Source of the DNA: Phoronis australis | Lineage: Eukaryota; Animalia; Phoronida | NCBI GenBank assembly: GCA_002633005.1 | Contig: NMRA01000190.1 | Coordinates: 62,001 to 126,000 of the forward strand | Length of the DNA stretch: 64,000 nt | Reading direction: 5' to 3' | In this document: positions 14,141-25,900 of the stretch, one piece after another | Numbering within the stretch: position 1 is the stretch's first letter | Layout of the letters: each line of letters starts with the position of its first letter | Program-made: the position numbers and the translations under genes | Notes under the pieces: generated by a model | What the model was told of the DNA's origin: nothing | What the model saw: the letters and a program-made list of their open reading frames with translations, nothing else | The model's database searches: none

Positions 14141-14947
14141 TTTCACATCAGTTAATCTTCCCAGGACCTCTCTTAATGCCAATATAGCAGGTGGCAGGGC
14201 CTTTACCTATAGTGTAGTTCAACACTTAACCTGGTTGATTATTCAAATGGTATGAGGGATGGGTCAGCATGAGGTCAACTCAATGAGTGCAGACAGTTAG
14301 CACTGAGCTTTGTTAAGCTTATCTCCAACCTTATATAGTGGCCTCCATTCTAACTCGTATATAACAAAACTAAGCTTTGTCAACTAGTAAAACTATATAT
14401 TTTCTGAAAGAACAAAGATCAGGAAATATTAATATACTTTTTGTATTTATATGCCATTACTATTTTTATGTAAAAACCTTTTTTAAGTCAAAATTTCATT
14501 TTTAAGAAAGGTACATTCATAGCAAAATAACCCCTCGGTCGATTTTGATGAAACCCTTTTTAAGTGAAAACTTCACCAGTTACCACAGTGAACATGTGCC
14601 ATTCATCAAAGATGTTCTACAAAATGTCCTAGCTAATGTTTGACCATACTACAATACAATGTTTCCTGGATTCCTCAAAAGGTTGTTGACATGAGGTTTA
14701 CACATTTGAACTGGATGTTATCCTTACACTATTATGTTGTGAGCAATTTGATGACACTCTCAGTTGACTGACCTCTGGGTAAGGATAAAGGTTAAGTCCC
14801 ACAGAAGAGACATGCATCACATTCTCCCCTGATTGGTCACTTTCCCACAACCCGCCATTTCTGCATGAGAGAGTTCCTGTTCTGTCAAAATTCCCTACAG
14901 AAGGGTGCCTTTTCAATTCAATTCCCTTCAAAACTGAAAAGACTTAA

Positions 14948-15400
14948 AGCCCTTTAGTACTAGCGTCGACACGTCGATAATTTGGGGAGTTGCAGTCAGT
15001 GGGAACTGTTAACTTTGGTCCTAGATCGAAGTTAACAATGCCTAAGGTAACTTCCGTGAATTTAGCAGCAGAGCGTAGACACTGTGGTGGGGTATGAATG
15101 GTCAACTTCAGTCTCCTCGGAGTTATCTCAAGAGGCCACTGTTGTCGTTCGAATAATCACCAATCGAATTAAAAATAATTTTTAAATCAATTAGCACTTG
15201 CTATTCTTCTCAACTTGTCATATTAAAAAGTCTTTTCATGCATCTGCGCTACCTTCCAATTACTTCGATGACGACAGTGTCACCTACCGTTTAATTCGAT
15301 GCCATTAATTACCGAAGCTGGTATGAACGATTCTATTAACTTCGCAATTTACGTCTACACTCCTCTCATACCGGAGTTAAGTTTTAAGTATGAATGGGCC
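14948..15400. mobile_element. MITE family A, internally deleted copy
   Basis: Shares GTCGACAYGTCGAT...GTTAACT and the terminal GTATGAATGGGCC with 7797-8624; TAA/TTA flanks. Confidence 0.72.
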
Positions 15401-16190
15401 TTAGGGAGTTTTGGTTTAGTTTATAGGTTCAACCTATTCAGAAGGGCGGTTGGTGTTTCTGAGGCAGAACTCAAAAGGTGACTTTCTTGAAAGCTCCGTA
15501 TAAACAAGACGTTTTTCAAGTCCACTCTTTAAATGGTGTGGAACTCTCAGTTTGCAGCTTCTATAGTTTTGTCCCCCTCCTCTAGGTCTATTTGGTTACT
15601 ATGGTGCAAATATTTGGGGTATTTGGGATACATATCCATTGCACAGAACATATGCTACTGGCATTACAGTAGATTTTGTCTTTGTTTGATGTTATTGCTA
15701 TGGCAACTTCAGTTTAAGTCATCACTGCTGATGATGCTTGAAGGTCACAGAGACTGGCATGTCGAGGGATATTTAACTTGTATCCAATGATCCAATGTCC
15801 CCCCACCAACCATGGGAGGTCTATCAGTTGGAATATTTTGCATCCAGTTTTTAATGAAAGGTAAAAGTGCAGGTTTACTTCATAGTTAACAGGTGGATTC
15901 GCAGTAAAGTGAATTGGTGTTGGAAATGCCTCTCGTCTGAGTTTCATCCGTTCTGAAGTCATCAACAGATGTGACTATCAGCATCGGTGTATGTTGCATT
16001 GAAAAATGTTTTTATTTTGTTAAAATATATCATTCTGTGACTACCTTAAGCATTTCCTTCATTATCAATACTTTGTCTTTGACTCTTCAATTTTAAGTTA
16101 CAAATAGTTAAAAAAAATCCTTGGAGAAAGATCGCAAAGCTATCTTGTGACAACTGTGCTGTTCCTGTCTTCACTCTACGGTAACCTCAG

Positions 16191-16226
16191 TGTTGGCCAG
16201 TGCTGAAGCTAATGAGAAAAGCCTGG
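16191..16226 (+). CDS. Possible 36-nt phase 1-1 exon of the NHERF-like gene (LASAEANEKSL)
   Basis: Pyrimidine tract plus CCTCAG acceptor, GG|GTAAAC donor; phase matches the start of exon 16891. Confidence 0.3.
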
Positions 16227-16890
16227 GTAAACTTCCCTAGTTTCACCCAAGCATCACTTGTAGTGGATTTAAACTTCCCTGTTTACATCAAAACACCTCT
16301 TATAGCTGATTTAACTCAAGTTGGAAAAGGCCTTTAATAACTGCTGATGATTCCAGTTTGTTTGATATCAGAACTTTTCTGTCAACATGATTAAGCTGAG
16401 TCCACAGCTGTAGATGAAACAGTAGCTCTACACCCAGATAGCCACAAGACCATGTATTTTCTCTGTGGAGTTGCATAAGGGCAGTCTTGGTTGGTACAGA
16501 GCACAGGTACAACTTAAATGAGGAAAAGATATTCACTCTAGCTGGTTGCTATCGGAGATCTTTGAGGAAATAGGATCTGTGTTGTGTTGTGATGTTTGGA
16601 TAATGACATTGAGTAAATTGATCTGTTGTACTCCTAACTCTCTTATCTGACTCTGGTGATGGATTTGAGATCAAATATAATTAAAGTACTCTGGCCTTCC
16701 CTTGTGGGCTACCTTTGCTCGGCTCTACTGTAGCCACTTGCGTTCATTCTTATTATTACAAGAAGAAAGGAAATAGGTAAAGGTTAGCTCACTATGACTT
16801 TGTACAAATTTGTTGAACATGTATTGTTTCTAATACCAAGCCATTAATGGAATACTGGGCTGGGAGATATATGTTGTTGTTTTGTTGCAG

Positions 16891-16988
16891 AAGCGCCCCC
16901 TGTCAATGGTGAAGTCCCAAAGGATACGGAGCCAGAGGTGGCTGCAGCTACTGCTGCAGTTGAAGTGTCTGAGGTTGCCAGTGAAAAG
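16891..16988 (+). CDS. NHERF-like linker exon ((E)[32 protein letters not shown])
   Basis: TTTTGTTGCAG acceptor, AAG|GTAATT donor, 98 nt, phase 1-0, open frame. Confidence 0.75.
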
Positions 16989-19900
16989 GTAATTTGAGAA
17001 AACCAGGTGTTTATCTTAAACTAGATGCTTCTTAAAACTAGGATAAACCCAGGTGCAAAACTGCTTGCTTGGCTCAGACTTATGCTTTTTTCATCGACTG
17101 ATGCTGTGGGATAGCCTCTATTGTTAATTAGGCATTTCTGTTTGGAAACTTTAATGCTAATGAAATCAGCATTATGTTACTTGGCAAGGCCAGTGCAGGG
17201 TTCTTAAAAGGACCAAAGATCTCTTGAATAACACATAGAAGACTTTGATCTGTGGATACCCAGTAATCTGAATAACTATTTAGGGCATCAACAAAGCAAA
17301 AATGAACCAATTTGTTTGCCGAGCACTGTAACCTTTAACCTTTTTATGTTTGTAATTGAGATGCCATTCAAATAATTGCTGACTTTCAATATAGCCGTAC
17401 AATATTGATATTCACTAATACGCCAGAGAGCGATCACGTTTTCGGAGGACAGGCATTCAGTGCCACCTTCAGATGCCACGTAATGCGGACGGGAGCTTTC
17501 AACCTTCTGGTATGATCATCATTTGAACACCTTTCCTGTTATAATGCGGGAAAATTTCCACTGCTGTGTGGTGGAATGTACTAATGCCGTATGAAAAAAG
17601 GCGATCCTTCTGAAAGATTAATGGATGAAAATCATGCTCCATACATTTCCCACTGTGAAGAAATGTTACCAACAGTTTCATTCCCAGTTGATGTCACAAA
17701 GCTAAGATAAATTAGTGGACTCAAACTAATCAAACAGTGGAAATGCTGACAGTGGATTTAATTTCTCTGCTTTTAAATTAACGAAATTACACGAAAACAG
17801 GACGATGGGGAGGACGATGACGATGAAGGCGTTTAAATTAATGAACCTCCAATCTGAGTCGGGATCAATCGAAAGTCACTTTGGTGCTTCCATTACTCAA
17901 GAGAGCACCATTTTGGAAAATCCCTTATTGACATTAGTTAAAGTAGGCGCTCAGTTCCAGAACTGCTGTGCAAACTGGGGTCACTGTAGGCTAACCCAGT
18001 AACGAGGCAATCTGGAATATGTGTGCCTGAGACAAAACTTTCACTACCATTTGTTATCTACAATTCCAAACATTCTACACCCATCTCTTCATTGTTGTGG
18101 AGCGTGAAAGTGACTGCCGCTGGATATTGTGGTGTCAAAGACCGGCAGAGTTGATAAGGACAAAACCCATCTTTTGATTATATCACAGTAGTAATAATTT
18201 GATGGTAGGGTATTCTCAAAGGATGTGTAAAACTCCTGGGATATCTGTTCCATAAATTTCCGTTCAAATGTGCTGAGTGCTGTGTGTACCAACTCAACTC
18301 AATCACCATCTAGCCACAGCACATATTTCACTGCTACATTTGGAAATTGCTATTTGATTGCTATTGGGCTACTATTGTGTTGAGTACTGTCAGTAAATAT
18401 ACGTATTATTTGAACATTCAAACTACAAAACACCACCTGTAGACAAAGTATAATTTCATCAAAAGGAGCATTCCTCAATTCTGCCATACTGAAGTGAAGA
18501 CAATTGATGTAAATGTGGGTCTTGCTGTTTCAAATGCAACTAGTCTTGACCAAATTATGCTGAATTTTTTCATCGTCAGTTAACTCTGTAAATAGTAAAT
18601 GCTCTCAGGAGTTCTCTCTGAAAAAAAATTATGTTCATAGATAGCAGCCATTTTATGGACTTCTCTGTCAATTTTACTTACTATCAAAGAGTGTATTTAG
18701 GCAACTTCCACGAAATCAATAACAGTGTGGTAACAGTTCCTCAAAACAGGTTTGCGATGTAGCTCTAAGTTCCTAATAGTACTATGCTGTTGGAACTAAA
18801 TGTGTTCTCTTGTTTTTTTTTGTACTGTTAAGTGTGTAGACTGCTGCTGGTTTATTTTGTTTTTACAGTATGTAAGATATGTCGAATTGACAAAAAAAAA
18901 CATCAAAAAGGATTTAAAACGTACTTGTCTTCATTTCTGTTTTGTTAGCAACATGATGCACCATACATTGAATGCTGGATATATAGATTGAAGATGAAAA
19001 ACTTTTTAAGTCACGAAGTAGGTAAGAAACGACCTTGGTACTAAATTTATTAGAACCTTTTTGGAATAAACCCAGTGTGAAAATTATTTTGAAGGTGTAC
19101 ATCATGTGGGTCACAACCACTGTGACCATTATGTTGGGACATGTGTATATTTCATCGGTGTGTCTTGCAGTTATTTAATCTTGAATTTGTCAAAGGAAAG
19201 AATTCCAGTTATGACATCTGTTGGTTTTCCACAATAATATTTTCATGTATCCACATAAACATGTGCGATTCACATCCAGACGTCCTGCCTCTGCTGCTAC
19301 ATCTCCTAAACCCCTTGAGTATCCTAAAGAGAATTAGAAGGTGTGTTCCTAATGAAGTTGACTGCTTGAGGAGGAATTTTGAGCCGAATCAACTACTGCT
19401 ATGCCCTTAAGTGACATTTTTTTGTTTCAGGGCTTGGAATTTTCCGCGGAAACGCGGATTTCCGCTTTTTTTCAAATGTGCTTTCCGCTTTTTTTATAAT
19501 ATTTCCGCGTAAAAAAATCGGATTTGATATAAAATTTCCGCGGCAAATTCCTTTCTTACCGCGGCGTTGCAGACGACGTTCACCTCGAAAAGCGGAAGTT
19601 GCTCTTTATGTTCCGGAGGAACGTAAATTGTCAACATTGCCGGGGCATCTGGGATACCGTGGTGGGATTTTCAATGGCATGTTATTGTTAAGCGCGGCGA
19701 CAAATAGTACCGCTCTGCAGCCAAAAATGTGTGGGTTGGGAGTAGACGGGCGAGCTAAAAGGACGCAGACGCATGCTACTGATGGTGGTAACGTTTTTTT
19801 TTTTTTAGTCCCGATTTTTGTCGGGGAAAGGTTCACACTGACCAGTTCAAGGCTGGTTATCGGGCAATCTTTTGGGCCGTAAAAGTTTCAAAGTTTCCGC

Positions 19901-22900
19901 GTTTTTTGTCATTGGTCATTCCAAGCCCTGTTGTTTACATTTGCCTCAATATATTTGAAATTCTTCGATGCATTTTCATAAAGCTGGAAAAATATTTCTA
20001 TTAAGGAGACTCCAGAGCATTCTCAGTTTGGACGGATTCAACATATATGCTGCCGCTCTATCCGCCAAACTGCTCGAAGGATTGATATGAAAATTGGTAG
20101 CTGTGATCCTGCCTAGAAAGCCATGGCAGGCGTTGAGTTTCAGAAATGCCTGACTACAGTGGTGCCCTCTAATGGTATTTATGAGTCCACGGCTGTTTCT
20201 AGTTGTCCCATTGCTGGACATTTTGGGCCTGGAGTGTTTAACTAGTACCTTAGAATGTTGCTGAAGGTCGTTGATCATGTTTGTCGTTCATAACTTCACA
20301 CATGTAGGCCTTTTGAAATTGATATGCAAGGTCGGTTCAACTATCCCTAGTTGGCCTGTGGAAGTAAAAATAACTTAGCCAAGGGTTGTTTATGGTTCTG
20401 GCTGAGACGATTAACTTATGGGTTTTGAATCAATAGCCAAGTCCAATGGCATTTGTAGTTCTTATATTTACTTCTGTATCATCAGAGTTTCTTGATTGAT
20501 TTTCATAAAATTGGAGAATAGGTTTGTGTTAAGAAGACGGCAACATATTCCCATTTTCAGATCTATTCAAAGTATTCTGCACTGTCTAGTCACAATTTGT
20601 ATCACTTACTTTGAATGTGTTTTGTGTCCGTCTCTTTATCTGCCAAATGTGTCCAAGAATTATTTTGAAAGTTGGCTAATATGTTCCTGTTGAAGAGGCC
20701 AAAGTTGACATTGATTTTGTGACGAGCCCGGTGCCTATGTTGCCCACTAGCGGCAATTATGTTGTTTCCTCTGCTAACATCTTGCGGGATCTTTTAAAGT
20801 TTGGTTATGTTTTTCTGTGAATATGATGATGGATGATGACTACTTTCAGGCCTCCCTGATAACTGCTTTGGCAACAGATGGAGACAGCTTTTGGACAGAT
20901 CGTCCTACATGTTTGCCTTGTTAAAGGGTCAATTCCAGTATTTTGCATTACCCCATGTATCTTTGGAATTCCTGACGCCTAGTAAGGTCTTCCCATTTTT
21001 GGACGGTTTCCTCATATCCTGCACCATTTAGTGGCCACATTTGATCCTCACAATCACCCCTTAAAGTAATACTGTTTGCAACGCAGTCACGGCTGCATTT
21101 CAACGCTTTCGGTTGTTCTTGTTTTGACATCCAAACATGCAATTACATGTATTGTTTAACATGGTCAGTGTGCGAATCATGGTCTGTCTATTGTCCAAAA
21201 ACAATAGGCTTCGAACCATTCAGGGGACACATGTTGGTGTAAATTTCATGTTGATCCGATGGGATCTGTAGGGTACATAATAAACAATCAAAAAAAGTTT
21301 TATGACAAAGCAACATACCATACTTGTAGAAATTTTATTTTACCTATTAAAACAAAAAAGACTATATAGAGAAGAAGTGAAATTTAATTTGTTTCCTTCA
21401 AGATAAGCTGTACCACATTGTTGCATAATTATTTTCACAAGTATTGCGCCCTTGTAGCTCTCTTTTAATTTGTTGTAGCATACTAACGGTCCTTGGAAAT
21501 CAAAATGAAAATTCATTGGCAATTATTTTTGTATGACATTGTGATATTTAACTGTATTTATAATAGAAAACAGATAATGTTATGTGTATGTTGTCTGTAG
21601 TGTTGGCTAGGTGTACTTAAATGTGACTACTTAATGTGACTTCAGTTTTCATCCCTGGTCAGTCTTCAGTTTATTAACTTAGTCACCAGTTTGTTCAGAT
21701 AATCTCCGCGTAGCCTCCTGCCACTAATCTGTGTACTTGTAGTCTGCTGATGGTCACGATGAACCAGCCAAACAAACCACAGTCACCTTCCATGAGGAAG
21801 TTACCTTTGTAAGCTTTTTGTTCTTGTGGCTAGGTGTCAAGAGTAGGAATGCATTTTTGTGACCTTTGTCGTCCTACCTTTGTCGTCCTATCCCTTCACC
21901 TTGCCTTGCTACACAGTTGCCTAAGTTGCACTTCACTGCTTTGGCTAGGTTACCTTGTGTTTTGGGTTAGTTACATTCAAATGGTACTTAAGGCAGATTT
22001 ATGTCCTCCCTTTGTCAAGATGACAAAATGTTCCAGGCACCGGATTTTTGGACACAAGTATACATCTATACAAAATTAGATTTGAAGCAGCCTATGTTTC
22101 TTGTGACAATTCACTCTTCTGTTTGAAGATGAAATTTACTGATGACTGTGTGCACATGTGAACCGACACTGTCAAGTACGATAAAATTTCTCCAATATAA
22201 GATATAATATGGCCAATAAGTGAATATTTAGTTTCTGTGTTTTTCTTAAAGGGCATGTATCACTAAATCAATGCTTTACTATAACCTGTCAGTTAATGTT
22301 TTTAGAAACTTTAGTCTACTGCAACAATGTTAAAAACCTTGAAAAACAATTTTAGTATTTTTGTCAGAAATTTGTGGGATTTTTACTCTGGAAGTAATTT
22401 TTGAGCTACGCATCTACTTCATTTTAAAGATAACATGGACTCTGTCCTCTCACCATGTTTCAATGCTCAGTTCTGCCGCGTGGTTACACGGAACAGCATT
22501 CTGTTGTACTATTGGATTAATTACTTGTATCACCTTCGAGAACCAGTTTTCTCCACTGATTAACAAGCATTGCACTGGTTCTCGGCGTGACAATTCCAAT
22601 TGTAAATCTCCAAAACTAATTAGTAACATGCACAGGTTTGAGGCTATTGGAGTTACTAAATTCTAATTGATTTCTTGGCATGGGTAATTAGCATGTTGTA
22701 TAAATTCAACACTGAGAGTGTATGAGGGTATTTAAGTACGTTTTATCTTTCCATTCGCTTTCAATGTTGAGATTAAGCTTTTGTTTGTAAGTGTTTTGCC
22801 CAGTCTGATGCTTTAATGTTATGTTGCTTTGGCAAACCAGCGCAGTGATCACTTCTGTTGTCTGCCCTCTCTTACATGTTGTGTTGTTCAATATAGTGTC

Positions 22901-25900
22901 AACTGTCCAAGGCGAAAATCATTTCTAAATTGGCCAATTTTAGGTAGCCAGGACAAATCGCAAGTAGGACATATTTATAGGTGATGTACGGGTAAATATG
23001 TGCATGGAACTGACTGTTTAGCAAGAGATTGTTATTTTTATAGATTAATTCAAAGCATTTGATGTCATTTCTCGCATACTGGTTTCATTGTGAAGCTTTA
23101 TGAATATTTGAAAGCATGGGGATCTAATTCTGTGAATACTTCATTATGAATTTAGTATGTAACCTACTAATGGGCAATATTGCTCAGAAGTTCCCGTCAT
23201 GGGCATGCATTTTATGGCAGCATGACTTACTTATACTATGACGTAATTTTTCCACTTTACCTGTTCGTACATTTCAACGAGTGAAGAGCAACACCACCAC
23301 CAACCCAAGCATCCTTGACCTCAAACTATTTTAACTTAAACACTAGCATTTCACCCATGCATGTTTAAAACAACAATAACGTTCATTTTTGTAATTGATT
23401 GGACTGATGGCAATGTCTATTCTCAGATCACCTGTTGGTTGTATTTTTACTTGGTGTCAGCAGCAGAGGATCAGCTGACTCAGCCAGCTGCCTCAAGTGC
23501 CTGTAAGCTAAGCACAAAGCTCAGAATAAGGTGTGAAATACAGTAAATAAGTGAATAATAAACTGGCATATTTCACTGATAACTCCCTTGGTTTGTGGAT
23601 AACCAGCATCCAGCTAATATGCGCTTTGCTTGCTGTACTTGCGGCAACTTGCTGATTACACGCCAGGTTTTTATCTGCACAGAGATGCGGTCTGAATTTG
23701 TTGTAAAGCTTAGGTCAGTAGTCAACCTGGACATTCTTTAAACACTTTTTCAATAACTCATTTTCATGATGTTGTTAAATGACTTCTCATAACAAATCAT
23801 ATTACGTGTGTAGATATATCAATGTTTTAATGTGTTGCTGGTACTTTGTTTGTTGCAGTCGTCTCTTGACATTTGAAAAAAGCCACTGCTTACTACAAAC
23901 TTTGTACAATATTCTGTAAGCAAGCTCCCAGTCGGCATTCTGGTTTATTGATGCATGTTCTTGATATTAATATACATATACATGATCTTTTTGCTCCAGT
24001 TGCCTGACCCCCCTGCACCGACAGAACCAGAAGAGCCACCTGTTGTTGAAGATGTAAGGCATTTTTAACAAGTAGATGTGACTTTGCTAGGCTTTGAAAC
24101 AGTACGGTACAATCTCACCAGTTACTCTGTGGTTCTATACACTACTGCTACTGATATTTGGGGAGATATAACATTCAAAACTTTATATTCGATATAAAAT
24201 TTCGAAAGACTTTCAGCTCAATACCGCTGGCCATTGGCATTTCCTAGGTAAAAAGTTGCTTGAAAGCCAATTCAGTCGAGCTCGATTTTGGGGCTTTTTG
24301 TCTTAACTTGTGTAATTTTTTATGTTAAAAATTGCTCAACTCGGTTCATATTTGGCTACCCAGGAACCGTTATGTTGAATCCTGCAATGTGGCAGGTAGG
24401 CAAGTAAAATGATAATTTTCATAAACAGAGTGACGTCAAAGCAATGCTTTTCGTTTCTAAGTTCTAAGCAGTAGCTACCAGAAGACTATGTTCTGAAAAT
24501 TGCGTAAAGCTGCATCAAGAATAGATGCTTTTGAATAATGGAAAAAGGCCGTTGTTTACTTCCTGAAACTGGTGAGGTTTTACGGTAATCTGATCACATA
24601 GGTGTCCCTTCTTGCAGCTTGTCAAGTTTTTCTCATATATACTGAAGTTATTAATGTTTGTGAAGACTCCTAAATATGTATGAAATGCATGGGCCTACTG
24701 TTGTGATTTATTTACGGTATAATCAGGGGGTGGAACCAATTGTGTGGCCACACCTTTAAATTCCAGTCTCTGACCAGCGAACATCAAACCCGCAGTACAA
24801 ATTACCTTGAACTCCGCACTGAGTTCCACTATGCCTTTTAGTGGCAGTAATATCTTAAACATTTGGTAAAGGATCGTCATGAAATTAGAGTGATGTGTTG
24901 GTATTGTCAATTGTCAAGCACATGACTGGCATTGATAGTCGAATGGAGAAAATGAGCATTCCTGCCGTTTGCCATGCTGACGTGACTACAGTAGCTACCC
25001 CTTTTGGCCATGCTGATAAAGTGGTCTTATTGTACCTCAAAGAAGTGTTTGCAATGCACCGCGTTGCTTTTGCGCTTTGTTAAAAGACTCTACATTTCTA
25101 CCAATGATATTAAAAAGTTGTGCCTGTTGGTAGCAAATTTTTTTAATGCATGACTTTTATGTTATTGAATGTCGCTGGTTTCAGTTCTGCGGAAGCTAGA
25201 ATCAGTGGAAGCCAAGTGTTTTGTACATTTAATTTAGCACTTGCAGTACTGGTGAAAATGATTAATTTTTGTCCATGAGCTCGGTGTATAGCACAATGTA
25301 CTTACAGCACATATTAGAAGTTTCAGACAAAACGTCCCAGAATTCCCTGTCATAAGAGCTGGGTGGAAGCTAAATTCATTGTCAGTGTAGCCTTCCCTAA
25401 TGACTGGATTGCTGAATAATTAACAGGAAAATTAGTAAGGTGGCTACGTCATTCTGCAATTACAATTTTGCTGCCAATAACGGTTATTACCAATAATTTT
25501 TGCTGTTCACAGAACTCGATCACCATCATGATGGGGAAACAGTATTTTGTCCGATTACTTTTGTCGTGTACTGTATTATGAAATGAGAGTTTCCTTATTG
25601 TTCGTTTTGTTGATAAATTTTAAGATTTTAATCTTGAAATTGTCCATCTTGTTGTTTGTACTAAGTAGGTTAAGAATTACTGTAATGACCTGAAGAGGTC
25701 GCCGTCTGAAATGCATTGCTCATTTTGTTTCAGATTTCAACTCTCCAATTTGTGCTTTTTAGTAATTATTTCTTGCTTGCTCATGTGTTGCCATTCAATG
25801 TTCAATGCTTCTTGTGGTATGACTGAAAATTGTAAATTCTTTTGTGCTGCCTAAAAACAACATCAAAATATACCCTTGAAATTTTGTTCACGATGAAGTG

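Noticed and set aside
19478-19882. 134-aa and 76-aa ORFs inside the hAT-like element as a transposase
   Set aside because: The element is only 503 bp and shows no intact BED finger or DDE motif.
20823-20924. Small [36 protein letters not shown] or another terminal exon
   Set aside because: No recognisable homology or composition signal; expected by chance in 64 kb.
21770-21808. KQTTVTF as a PP1-binding RVxF motif
   Set aside because: Three residues separate K from V, which does not fit the canonical [RK]-x(0,1)-[VI]-x-[FW] pattern.
23461-23502. Possible extra cassette exon before GTAAGC ([14 protein letters not shown], or a 15-nt LPQVP microexon)
   Set aside because: The 42-nt version is phase 1-1 and has a stop in the phase-0 frame of its neighbours. 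The 15-nt version lacks a pyrimidine tract. Unsupported without RNA data.
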